A DNA stretch of 64,000 nucleotides, from contig DASYUI010000015.1 of the NCBI GenBank assembly GCA_036001425.1, positions 9,520-73,519 of the forward strand, given 5' to 3'. The notes under the pieces were generated by a model. That model made no database searches. It worked only from the letters and a program-made list of their open reading frames with translations, and was not told the origin of the DNA. Of this stretch, positions 36,139-44,639 are shown piece by piece. The position numbers and the translations under genes were made by a program. This DNA comes from Actinomycetota bacterium. Lineage in GTDB: Bacteria; Actinomycetota; UBA4738; CALAEC01. The first letter of the stretch is position 1; every line of letters begins with the position of its first letter.

Positions 36139-37299
36139 CTACAGCTCGGTGCCGGGGAGCCCGAGGTCGCGGGCGATGAGGATGCGCTGGATCTCGCTGG
36201 TCCCCTCCCCGATCTCCAGCACCTTCGAGTCCCGGTAGAACCGGGCCACGGGGAACTCCTCGATGAATCCGTACCCCCCGTGGACCTGGACCGCTTCCCG
36301 CGCGCAGGTCACGGCGACCTCGCTGGCGTAGAGCTTGGCCAGGGCCGCCTCGGCCTTGTAGGGGCGCCCCTGGTCCTTGAGCCACGCCGCCCGGTAGGTG
36401 GCCAGGCGGGCCGTCTCCACCGCCACCCGCATGTCGGCGACCTTGAACTGGATGGCTTGGAACTCGCCGATCGAGCGGCCGAACGCCTCCCGCTGCATCG
36501 CGTACTTCAGACTCTCGTCCAGACAGCCCCGGGAAAGACCCACCGCCAGTGCAGCGATGGCGATCCGCCCGTCATCGAGCGTCTGGAGGAACTGGGCGTA
36601 GCCCTTCCCCCGCTCGCCGAGAAGGTTCCCCTCGGGAACGCGACAGTCGCTGAAGGACAGCTCGTGGGTGTCGCTGGCCCGCCATCCGACCTTCCGATAG
36701 GACTTCCCCACCTTGAACCCGGGCGTGTCGGTCGGAAGGATGATGGTCGAGATCTCCTTCTCCCCGTCGCCGGCGCCCGTGACGGCGGTGATGGTGACCA
36801 TCTTGGAGATGGGGGTCCCGGAGTTGGTGATGAGGGCCTTCGACCCGTTGATCACCCATTCTCCGCCGTCGAGCTTCGCTGAGGTCCTCGTGGCGGCGGC
36901 GTCGGAGCCTCCTCCGGGCTCGGTGAGCCCGAAGGCTCCGAGAATCTCCCCCCGGCACATCGGCACGAGCCACCGCTGCTTCTGCTCCTCGGTCCCGAAG
37001 TGAAAGATCGGAGTGGCTCCCAGGCCCACGGCGGCCTCCAAGGTGATGGCGATGGAGGAGTCCACCCGGGCCAGCTCCTCGATCGCCAGGCAGAAGGTCA
37101 AGAAGTCGGCGCCCTGGCCCCCGTACTCCTCCGGGAACGGGACGCCGAACAGCCCCAGCTCGCCCATCTGCTTCACGACGTCCATGGGGAGCTCTTCCTT
37201 GCGGTCCATCTCCTCGGCTCGAGGAGCGACGACCTCCTCAGCGAATTCCCGGACCGCCTGACGGAACTCGTCTTGCTCCGGGCTGAGGTCGAAGTCCAT
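36139..37299 (-). CDS. acyl-CoA dehydrogenase
   Basis: 386 aa. ...LTEPGGGSDAA..., C-terminal QVHGGYGFIEEFPVARFYRDSKVLEIGEGTSEIQ. Confidence 0.9.
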   Translation of the reverse strand: MDFDLSPEQDEFRQAVREFAEEVVAPRAEEMDRKEELPMDVVKQMGELGLFGVPFPEEYGGQGADFLTFCLAIEELARVDSSIAITLEAAVGLGATPIFHFGTEEQKQRWLVPMCRGEILGAFGLTEPGGGSDAAATRTSAKLDGGEWVINGSKALITNSGTPISKMVTITAVTGAGDGEKEISTIILPTDTPGFKVGKSYRKVGWRASDTHELSFSDCRVPEGNLLGERGKGYAQFLQTLDDGRIAIAALAVGLSRGCLDESLKYAMQREAFGRSIGEFQAIQFKVADMRVAVETARLATYRAAWLKDQGRPYKAEAALAKLYASEVAVTCAREAVQVHGGYGFIEEFPVARFYRDSKVLEIGEGTSEIQRILIARDLGLPGTEL

Positions 37300-37356
37300 T
37301 GTCCTGGTTAACCTCCGGGGCAGCCCGAGTCTACGGCACGTGCGGTTAGGACCCGG

Positions 37357-37641
37357 TCACGACTTCCGGGGGAGCCGGCGATAGATGTCCTTACGATGTC
37401 CAACGGAAGTGACCTTCACCAAGCGAATCTTGTCAGCCAGGTCATAGACGACTCGATACTCCCCAACTCGTATTCGATACGCGGCCCCCGAGACGCCCAG
37501 CTTCTCGCAACCGGGCGGACGGGGATCGTGAGAGAGCTGATCGATTTCCTTGGCTACCCTTTCTCGAGCCTCCCTCGAGAGCTTGGCCAGGGCTTTCGCT
37601 GCACGCTTGGAGATTTCGATTTCGTAGCGGGCGCGAGCCAA
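37357..37641 (-). CDS. relE: RelE/ParE family type II toxin
   Basis: 94 aa. ...YRIRVGEYRVVYDLADKIRLVKVTSVGHRKDIY is the characteristic RelE/ParE C-terminal half. Lies 6 nt after the antitoxin gene. Confidence 0.75.
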   Translation of the reverse strand: MARARYEIEISKRAAKALAKLSREARERVAKEIDQLSHDPRPPGCEKLGVSGAAYRIRVGEYRVVYDLADKIRLVKVTSVGHRKDIYRRLPRKS

Positions 37642-37647
37642 GACGTC

Positions 37648-37959
37648 TCACATCAGGCCAAGGTCGGCCTTGAGCTTCTCCCAGGGGATGGGCTCGTCAC
37701 TGCCCGCCTCGCGCGCCTGGCGGTACTCGTAGACGGAAATCTGGTCCTCGAGGTCCGCGATCCTTTCGACGAGAGCCTCCAGCTCCTCAACCGGCAGGAG
37801 TACCGCAAGAGGCCTGGCATGGCGCATGAGCAGAACCCGGCGGTTCTCTTCGTTGACGAGCCGTAGGAGCTCGTACCAATGGGCCCGGGCCTCGCTAAGG
37901 GAGACCCAGATCTCGTCCTGATCGCTGTGAAGGATCGAGAGAGGCATCTCAGAATTCAC
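37648..37959 (-). CDS. phd: Phd/YefM family antitoxin
   Basis: 103 aa. VSLSEARAHWYELLRLVNEENRRVLLMRHARPLAVLLPVEELEAL is the typical Phd/YefM N-terminal domain. Confidence 0.7.
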   Translation of the reverse strand: MNSEMPLSILHSDQDEIWVSLSEARAHWYELLRLVNEENRRVLLMRHARPLAVLLPVEELEALVERIADLEDQISVYEYRQAREAGSDEPIPWEKLKADLGLM

Positions 37960-37982
37960 CCGGTCGCATCATACCCAATAAT

Positions 37983-38024
37983 CGGCCGGAAACAAGTCCT
38001 TCTTAAGAGCCTCTATTCCGGCCG
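37983..38024 (-). terminator. hairpin after the cyclase gene (9-bp stem), possible terminator
   Basis: CGGCCGGAA at 37983-37991 pairs with TTCCGGCCG at 38016-38024, immediately downstream of the stop at 38028-38030. On the minus strand it is followed by a T-containing tract and a TATGAT box (37968-37973) 8 nt before the phd GTG. Confidence 0.4.
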
Positions 38025-38027
38025 GAT

Positions 38028-41000
38028 TCAGGGTACTCCCACGAGGGCAGTGCGCACCTGATCGGGCTCGACGAAGGCGCGCCGGTAGCCGATGCGCTCC
38101 AGCCGCTGCTGCGCCTCGTTCATGGCGCCGTCTCCACCCACCGCGTCCGGGCCGAAGAAGGTGCCCGTCCACCACGTGGACAGGTCGCGAGAGATCGAGT
38201 CGCCCTGCTTCCGCTCGATCTCCAAGGCCTCGGTGGCCAGCTCTCGCGCCGTCTCCTCGTCGCCGTCGGCTACCCCCACCAGCGCCCGGGCCCACAACAC
38301 CGCGGTGCGGTCCCCCGGCCCCTCGTACGCCGGCGGAAGCGACGGGTCCTCGATCAGCTGGCGGGCCTCGGTGAGGTTCCCCCGCATCAGGAGGACGGTG
38401 GCCAGCTCCGACGCCGTCCAGGCCACCAGTACGCGGTCACCCAGCTGCCGACAGAGCTCCAACGACTCCCGGAGGTCCCGCTCCGCCTCGGCCAGGCGCC
38501 CAGACAACCGGTGGGTCGAGCCCCGATCGCCGAGGGCGGATGCCAACTCCCACCGAGCGCCGAGGTCGCGGTAGGTCCGGACTGCCTCGTCGGAGGCGGC
38601 GAAGGCCTCCTCCAGCCGCCACATCGCCCGGAGGGGGCTGGCCCGCCGCTCGTTCGCCGTGGCGATGGTGAAGGGGTCCCTCATCTCCCGTCCCAGGGCC
38701 AGGGCCTGGTCGGCGACCTCCAGGGCGGCGGCCGGCCCCTTCCGCCCGGAGATCGAGGCCAGGGCGACGAGGGCACGGGCCTCCGCCCACCGGTCTCCCT
38801 TCGGGTTCTCCCGAGCGATCTGGAGCGCTTCCTCGAACGCCGCTCGGGCCCCTTCGAGGTCGTCTCGCCAGTACGGCACCCAGCCCGCCATGAGCAGGGT
38901 CCGGGCCATCGCCCACTCGTCCCCGAGCTCTCGGGCGGCCTCGAGCGCCTGATCGAACAGCTCACCGGCCCCGTCGGGGTCCCCCCGGATGTTGAGGAGG
39001 ATGTCGGCCAGGAATCGCAGCGCCATCGCCCTCGTCCCCGCGTCGTCTCCGCCGACCTCCAGGGCCCGCCGCAGGCTCTCCTCCGCGGGGTCGTACTCGC
39101 CCAGCCAGTACCTGCTCTCCCCCATCCCGGCCAGGATCCGGGACTCCTCGGTTCCCCAGGCATCTTCGGCTCCTGCCATGGCAAGCGCCCGTTCGTACAG
39201 GTCGATGGCCGCCCGGGCCTCCATCCGCCACCGAGCCAGGTCCCCGGCTCGCCGGAGGGCGGCCACCGCCCGCCGACGCGGCTCGGGGTCCGCGGGGTCC
39301 AGGTCGAGGGCCGCTCTCGCAGCCTCCTCGAGGTGATAGGCGATCTGGCGAGCGTGCTCGGTGGCGCCGAGGGAACCGAGTCCCTCCGCGAGGCGCTCGT
39401 GGAGACGCCGCCGATCCCGCTTGGCCAGTGACTCGTAGGCCACGTCGCGAAGCAGCTCGTGGCGGAACCGCCACCGCCCCGGCCGGTCCTCGTCTCGGAC
39501 GATGACCTCCTCGTCCGCGAGCTTCCGCAGCACCTCGGGGTCCACCTCCGTGACCAGCGCCAGCCGGGACTCGTGGAACGCGCTCCCCGGAAACACCGAG
39601 GCGATCCGGAAGAGGTTCCGCGCGGTCTCCGGGAGGTGGTCGAGGCGCGAGGCCACCACCGCCTGGACGGTCGGGGGCAACATGCCGTCGGTACGCGGTC
39701 CGTGCGGGACCTCCGTGCGTTCGTGAAGCAGCATGCCGGTCGTCTCGACGATGAAGAACGGGTTCCCTCCCGCCTGCCGCGCCACCCGGTCGGCCGTCTC
39801 CTCATCGAGGGACTCCCCCGCGGCCTTGGCCAGCTCCTTGGCGTCCTCCAGGCCGAGCGCCTCGAGCCGGATGGTGAGGGCGTCCGCGTGGGCGGACGCC
39901 CACTGCGGCCTGCTTCCCAGCGGCTCCTCTCGACCAACCGCCACCACCAGGACGGGCAGGCGGCGAACCTCGCGAAGCACTTCTTCCATCATCTCGAACA
40001 GAGCGGGCCGGCCCAGGTGGAGATCCTCCAAGACGACCACGACCGGGCCCGAATGGGCCATGGCGCCGAGGAATGCGGCCAGGCCCGCCCGGATCTCGGC
40101 GCTGCGGTAGGGGGTCTGCTGGCGGCTGTCCTCCCCCAGACCGAGGAGGAGCCCGAGCCGGGCGGCCACCTGCTCCACCTCGGAGGGATCGCAGCACCCC
40201 GCCACGAGCTCTTCGAGCAGCCCACGGAGCTTCTCCTGGTCGGGTTCCGCTTCGACGCCCAGCCTTCGGCGGATCATGTCGGCCAGGGCCGCGAACGACG
40301 GTTCCTCGTGGAATTCGCTGTCCCGCCCGATCAGGACCTCGGTTCCTTCCGGGAGCCCGGCCAGAAGTTCCTCGACCAGTCGGCCCTTCCCGATCCCCCG
40401 CTCGCCGAGGATCGTGACCAGGTGCGCCCGGGAGGTCTCGCGAGCGCGCTCGAACGTCCCGGTGAGGAGGGCCATCTCCCTGCGCCGGCCGACCAGGGGG
40501 ATGGTTCGCCGGGAGGACCGAGGGGTCAGGGAGCGAACCGGCCGAGCCACCACCGGCTCTTCGAACCCCTTGGCCTCGAAGTCATGGGGCTCTCCGAACT
40601 CCGCCGAGTGCCTGGTCAGCTGCCACGTCGTGTCGCCCACGAGCACCTCGCCCGGGTCGGCGACCTGCTGGAGGCGGGCGGCGAGGTTGACCGTGGATCC
40701 CGAGACCAGGAACTCACCCGCCAGCGAGGCGCCCGTGACCACAGGTCCGGTGTTGACTCCCACCCGGACCGCCAGCGGCTCGGGAAGGCCCACGCGTTCG
40801 CCCAACCGGGCGGTGCGATCCCTGATCGAGAGCCCGGCGCGGACCGCGCGCAGGGCGTCGTCCTCGTGCGCGAAGGGCAACCCGAACACGGCCATCACCG
40901 CGTCGCCGACGAACTTCTCGGTCTGCCCCCGGAGCGCCTCCACCTCGTCCGAGGCCGAGCGATAGAACTCCGCGAGCACTTCCCGGAACCGCTCCGGGTC

Positions 41001-41261
41001 CAGGCTCGCTGCGAGCTCGGTGGAGCGGGACAGGTCGGCGAACAGCACCGTCACCACCTTGCGCTCCTCGCCGAGCCCCTCGGGCACGACCGGCCAGCCG
41101 CACGACGGGCAGAACCGGGCGTCCTCGGGAAGCGGGGAGCGGCAGCGGCCGCACACCGGCTGGCTCACGTTCAGAGCATACGGGACACGAAGCCGACCGG
41201 GCGGACGCGAAAAGCCAGGCCAGTCCGGTCCTTGACGCTGATCCACTGGATATGCCAGCAT
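38028..41261 (-). CDS. zinc-ribbon / class III adenylate-guanylate cyclase / AAA(STAND-like) NTPase / TPR multidomain protein
   Basis: 1077 aa. CGRCRSPLPEDARFCPSCG ribbon. Cyclase core VTVLFADLSRST...KFVGDAVMAVFG...VRVGVNTGPVV...GSTVNLAARL. P-loop-like GERGIGKGR (nt 40380-40406). The C-terminal ~450 aa are TPR-like. Start uncertain (41261 or a downstream GTG). Confidence 0.85.
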   Translation of the reverse strand: MLAYPVDQRQGPDWPGFSRPPGRLRVPYALNVSQPVCGRCRSPLPEDARFCPSCGWPVVPEGLGEERKVVTVLFADLSRSTELAASLDPERFREVLAEFYRSASDEVEALRGQTEKFVGDAVMAVFGLPFAHEDDALRAVRAGLSIRDRTARLGERVGLPEPLAVRVGVNTGPVVTGASLAGEFLVSGSTVNLAARLQQVADPGEVLVGDTTWQLTRHSAEFGEPHDFEAKGFEEPVVARPVRSLTPRSSRRTIPLVGRRREMALLTGTFERARETSRAHLVTILGERGIGKGRLVEELLAGLPEGTEVLIGRDSEFHEEPSFAALADMIRRRLGVEAEPDQEKLRGLLEELVAGCCDPSEVEQVAARLGLLLGLGEDSRQQTPYRSAEIRAGLAAFLGAMAHSGPVVVVLEDLHLGRPALFEMMEEVLREVRRLPVLVVAVGREEPLGSRPQWASAHADALTIRLEALGLEDAKELAKAAGESLDEETADRVARQAGGNPFFIVETTGMLLHERTEVPHGPRTDGMLPPTVQAVVASRLDHLPETARNLFRIASVFPGSAFHESRLALVTEVDPEVLRKLADEEVIVRDEDRPGRWRFRHELLRDVAYESLAKRDRRRLHERLAEGLGSLGATEHARQIAYHLEEAARAALDLDPADPEPRRRAVAALRRAGDLARWRMEARAAIDLYERALAMAGAEDAWGTEESRILAGMGESRYWLGEYDPAEESLRRALEVGGDDAGTRAMALRFLADILLNIRGDPDGAGELFDQALEAARELGDEWAMARTLLMAGWVPYWRDDLEGARAAFEEALQIARENPKGDRWAEARALVALASISGRKGPAAALEVADQALALGREMRDPFTIATANERRASPLRAMWRLEEAFAASDEAVRTYRDLGARWELASALGDRGSTHRLSGRLAEAERDLRESLELCRQLGDRVLVAWTASELATVLLMRGNLTEARQLIEDPSLPPAYEGPGDRTAVLWARALVGVADGDEETARELATEALEIERKQGDSISRDLSTWWTGTFFGPDAVGGDGAMNEAQQRLERIGYRRAFVEPDQVRTALVGVP

Positions 41262-41267
41262 ACCTAT

Positions 41268-41525
41268 GTGAAGCGCACCACGGTGAAGCTGCCAGAGGAA
41301 TTCGACGCTCGGTTGCGTAAGGAGGCGGAGCTCCGGCAGACCACCGTGAGCGCCCTGGTCAGGGAGGCGATCGAGCAGTTCCTCGTGGGCCGTCCGCGTC
41401 GGCGTCGACGGCTACCCTTCACGGGATTGTTTGCCAGCGGATACACGGACACTAGTGAACGGGTCGACGAAATCCTCGCCGAGATCTTCGAGGATCAGTT
41501 CGGACGCGGTCGTCCTCGACACTAG
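41268..41525 (+). CDS. vapB: ribbon-helix-helix (CopG/VapB-type) antitoxin
   Basis: Only the last 85 codons of the 688-aa antisense track ORF. VKRTTVKLPEEFDARLRKEAELRQTTVSALVREAIEQFL is a canonical RHH. Start GTG at 41268 or 41283. Confidence 0.6.
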   Translation: MKRTTVKLPEEFDARLRKEAELRQTTVSALVREAIEQFLVGRPRRRRRLPFTGLFASGYTDTSERVDEILAEIFEDQFGRGRPRH

Positions 41526-41916
41526 CGTCCTGTACGCCGACGCGGACCGCTCCGACACCCATCATGTCCGTTGCCGCCGGCTGCTGGAGAGAACCCCTGG
41601 GCCGTTGCTGGTGCCCACGCTCGTCGTGGGAGAGATCACCTACCTGCTGGCACGCCGGCACGGGCCACATGCGGAGGCCGTCTTCCTGGCATCGCTGGCG
41701 GCAGCGGAGCTCCTGGTCGAGCATCCAACGCAGCGGGACATGGTACGGATAGCTCAGCTGGTGTGGACGTACAAAGACCTCCCACTGGGAACCGTGGACG
41801 CGTCGATCGTGGCTCTGGCCGAGCGGTTGAAGGTGGCGACCATCGCCACATTGGATCGGCTCCATTTCTCGGTCGTTCGGCCCCGACACGTGGCTGCCTT
41901 TGAACTCGTCCCGTAG
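41455..41916 (+). CDS. vapC: PIN domain toxin
   Basis: VVLDTSVLYADAD...VGEITYLL...GTVDASIVALAERL...IATLD carries the PIN acidic residues. Start uncertain (TTG 41431 or GTG 41455). Overlaps the vapB end. Confidence 0.7.
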   Translation: MNGSTKSSPRSSRISSDAVVLDTSVLYADADRSDTHHVRCRRLLERTPGPLLVPTLVVGEITYLLARRHGPHAEAVFLASLAAAELLVEHPTQRDMVRIAQLVWTYKDLPLGTVDASIVALAERLKVATIATLDRLHFSVVRPRHVAAFELVP

Positions 41917-41990
41917 GTAGTGAGATGACCGACGGCAGGGCGCGCCCGGCTTGAGGATCGGACGGTTGAGGGCCCCCCAGTGATGGCCAT

Positions 41991-42461
41991 TCACCCGGCT
42001 GGAACCGGGCGAAAGCCCTTGATGTCGAGGATCGATCCGGTTCGGTACCGCTTCTGCTTGAGCACCGCCTCGACCACCTGGCCGATCTCCAGGGTGTCCG
42101 CGTCGAGGAGGAAGTGCGCGAGCACGGTGTCGGCTCCCTCCAGGCGCACCAGCCCCAGGACCACCGGCTCGTCGAGAGGCTCGCCCTCCACCCCCACGTA
42201 CCCCACCGTGAAGGACTCCACCCTCCCCCGGGGTCCCACCACCGTGTCCGGGTCCAGTCGCGAGAAGCACCGCTCACAGAACAGCCGGGCCGGGCAATAC
42301 GTGAGGCCGCAGGACTCGCACCGCGAGGCGAGGAACTCTCCTCGCTCCTTGAGCGCCCGGAAGAACGCCTCGCCCGCCACACCGGGCGTGTACCGGTGGG
42401 CGACGGGGATCTGCCCCTCCCACAGGCGGACGTCCCTGGGGTCGCTGATCTTCTCGAGCAC
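41991..42461 (-). CDS. DUF35 (zinc ribbon + OB fold) protein, copy 2
   Basis: Trimmed to GTG at 42461 (1-nt overlap with the upstream TAG). CESCGLTYCPARLFCERC ribbon followed by OB-fold-like ...VESFTVGYV...GLVRLEG.... Confidence 0.8.
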   Translation of the reverse strand: MLEKISDPRDVRLWEGQIPVAHRYTPGVAGEAFFRALKERGEFLASRCESCGLTYCPARLFCERCFSRLDPDTVVGPRGRVESFTVGYVGVEGEPLDEPVVLGLVRLEGADTVLAHFLLDADTLEIGQVVEAVLKQKRYRTGSILDIKGFRPVPAG

Positions 42462-43093
42462 TATTTGATCCTCGAAGCGGCCTTGCGAGGCCGGGTCGAC
42501 TTCCGCGCCGGCCGCCCCCGCGTGCTCTGCAGCTTCGGATCCCGAGGCCGGAAGTACTCGATATCGAGGATGGAGCCCTCTCGTTCGGACTGCGGCCTCC
42601 ACACCGCCTCGACCTCCAGCCCTATGCGCACGGCGTCCGGATCGACCTCGCCGAGCTTGTGCATGATGCCGATGCCCGGGGAAGCACCGTCGATCTCGAT
42701 GACCGCCGGCAGCTCGGGGACCTTCAGCGGCTGCATGTCCCAGGAGACCCAGCAGATCGAGAAGGTGTTCACCCTGCCGGTGTCTTCCACCTGGACCCAG
42801 CGATCGGTGGGACGGAAGCACTGCTCGCAGAACATCCGGGGGGGCACGAGGACCCGGCGGCACCCGCGGCACTCCCGGGCCAGCACCCGTCCTTCACGCA
42901 GCCCCGCCAGGAACCGGCCCACGGCGATGCCGGTGTCCCATCCGTAGCGGGCGTCGACGGCGAAGTCGACCGCGCCGAGGGCGTCGCGGAACTCCTGCTC
43001 GCGAAGGGGCTGCGGGCCCAGGAGGCGCGAAGGCTCGGTCGCCCTGGCGGCCTGCGACGAACGGGGAACCGGTCGCAGCTTCCTTCTGGCCAC
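42461..43093 (-). CDS. DUF35 (zinc ribbon + OB fold) protein, copy 1, with basic C-terminal tail
   Basis: Trimmed to GTG at 43093 (SD GGGGAGG, 2 nt after the thiolase-like TAG). CRGCRRVLVPPRMFCEQC ribbon. Tail PRDPKLQSTRGRPARKSTRPRKAASRIK. Confidence 0.8.
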   Translation of the reverse strand: MARRKLRPVPRSSQAARATEPSRLLGPQPLREQEFRDALGAVDFAVDARYGWDTGIAVGRFLAGLREGRVLARECRGCRRVLVPPRMFCEQCFRPTDRWVQVEDTGRVNTFSICWVSWDMQPLKVPELPAVIEIDGASPGIGIMHKLGEVDPDAVRIGLEVEAVWRPQSEREGSILDIEYFRPRDPKLQSTRGRPARKSTRPRKAASRIK

Positions 43094-43095
43094 CG

Positions 43096-44259
43096 CTACC
43101 TCCCCATGACGACCACTGTTCCCACCTGCATGAGGTCGCCCCACGCCTGGGCCACGCCCCTCCGGGGATCGCCGGGCACCTGCCGGTCCCCGGCCTCTCC
43201 GCGCAGCTGCCAGAAGAGCTCGGCGATCTTCATGAGCCCCGCCGCGGCGATCGGGTTGCCCACGCCGAGCAGACCTCCCGATGGGCACGACGGCAGATCG
43301 CCGTCGCGGTCGAGCACGCCGTCGCGCATGGCTTCGGGCGCCTTCCCCTTGTCGAAGAGGAGCAACCCCTCCAGGTGATGGAGCTCCTTGTAGTCGAACG
43401 GGTCGTATGGCTCCGCGACGTGGATCTCCTTACGCGGCTCCCGGATCCCGGCCATGTCGTACGCCATCCGGGCCGCGTACTCCACGTAGTCGGGGTAGTA
43501 GAGGTCGCGGTTCGTCCAGTAGGCGGTGTCGAGGTGCCAGCCCACGCCGTCGATCCACACCGGCCGGTCGGTCAGCCGCTTCGCAACGTGCTCGGCGGCG
43601 AGGACCACCGCGACCGCTCCGTCGCTCACGGGAGAGACGTCGAGGCGCTGCACCGGCCAGGCCAGCACCTCGGAGTTGAGGACGTCGTCGACGGTGATGT
43701 CCGCCTGCCCGAGGAGGGCCGCCGGATGGCCGGCGGCGTTTCGCTTGTTCTTGACCGAGACCGCTGCGACGTCGCGCTTGTCGAGACCGTGCACCGACAT
43801 GTACCGGTTCATCTCCAGGGCGAAGATCCACAGGAGGTTCGGGCCCAGCGGCCGTTCCAGGATGCTGTCGAAGATGGTGATGAACGCCCCCTGCGCGTGT
43901 GGCATCGTGGACGACATCTTCTCCTCCGCCACGACGAGGGCCACGTCGAACATGCCCGAGGCAACGAGATACCAGCCCTGGATGGTGACGAACACGCCGG
44001 TCCCGCCACCGACGTACGTGCGGAAGAACGGCTTGCCGTAGGCCCCACTCCCGTCCGAGAGGTACTCGCCCTTCATGTGGACCCCGTCGAACGCGTCCGG
44101 GGCTGTGCCCAGAGCGACCGCGTCGACGTCGGCCAGGGTCAGGGAGGCGGAGTCAAGGGCCGCCCGCGCGGCCTCCCAGGACAGCTCCTTGCCGGTCTCC
44201 TGGGCCCGGCGGACGAACCTCGTCATCCCCGCCCCGACCACGGCCACCCGCTGCCCCAT
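43096..44259 (-). CDS. thiolase-fold protein lacking canonical Cys/His/Cys residues (SCP-x/Ltp-like), copy 2
   Basis: 387 aa. MGQRVAVVGAGMTRF... thiolase-like N-terminus. The nucleophile region reads YVGGGTGVF (no Cys). GGLLGVGNPIAAAG stands where thiolases have GHP. The only Cys is in LPSCPSGG. Confidence 0.85.
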   Translation of the reverse strand: MGQRVAVVGAGMTRFVRRAQETGKELSWEAARAALDSASLTLADVDAVALGTAPDAFDGVHMKGEYLSDGSGAYGKPFFRTYVGGGTGVFVTIQGWYLVASGMFDVALVVAEEKMSSTMPHAQGAFITIFDSILERPLGPNLLWIFALEMNRYMSVHGLDKRDVAAVSVKNKRNAAGHPAALLGQADITVDDVLNSEVLAWPVQRLDVSPVSDGAVAVVLAAEHVAKRLTDRPVWIDGVGWHLDTAYWTNRDLYYPDYVEYAARMAYDMAGIREPRKEIHVAEPYDPFDYKELHHLEGLLLFDKGKAPEAMRDGVLDRDGDLPSCPSGGLLGVGNPIAAAGLMKIAELFWQLRGEAGDRQVPGDPRRGVAQAWGDLMQVGTVVVMGR

Positions 44260-44639
44260 CAGGAATGGTCTTCCGCGTGTCGGGGAAAGTGCTCGATCAG
44301 CTCGACGCGGTTGCCGTCTGGGTCACGGAAGGTGGCGAACCGCGCGAAGCCCTCGACCTCTCCGGAATGCTCGTCGAAGGCGACGCCCTTCTCCTGCATC
44401 GTCCGCCGCGCGAGATCCAGGTCCTCCACACGGAACATGACGGCTGCCCCGCCCGATCCCATCGGGTGACCCTCCACCGCGCCGTGCAGGGCGAATCGAA
44501 CGGGCTCGGTGGCGAACTCCGCCCACTGAGGCCCGTCCTGGCGCACAAGCCTCAACCCGACGACGTCGCGATAGAAGGCCACCGCACGATCCATGTCCGC
44601 GGTCCAGTAGTAGACGTAGTCGATGGGCCCCACGTCCAT
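44259..44639 (-). CDS. VOC (glyoxalase/bleomycin resistance/dioxygenase) family protein
   Basis: Trimmed to ATG at 44639 (126 aa; MDVGPIDYVYYWTADMDRAVAFYRDVVGL...FRDPDGNRVELIE). TGATG overlaps at both ends. Confidence 0.8.
   Translation of the reverse strand: MDVGPIDYVYYWTADMDRAVAFYRDVVGLRLVRQDGPQWAEFATEPVRFALHGAVEGHPMGSGGAAVMFRVEDLDLARRTMQEKGVAFDEHSGEVEGFARFATFRDPDGNRVELIEHFPRHAEDHS

Noticed and set aside
38028-41261. The cyclase protein as a Pycsar/CBASS-type defence cyclase
   Set aside because: There is no adjacent effector gene of the TIR, TM, patatin or nuclease type. The architecture matches large regulatory cyclase-ATPase-TPR proteins rather than a minimal PycC or CD-NTase.
39459-41525. 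688-aa plus-strand ORF
   Set aside because: It is antisense to the cyclase gene for most of its length. Only the last 85 codons (41268-41525) look real, as the RHH antitoxin.
37357-41916. Calling the TA-flanked block a mobile element
   Set aside because: I could not see an integrase, transposase, tRNA target or terminal repeats. It is reported only as a possible accessory islet.
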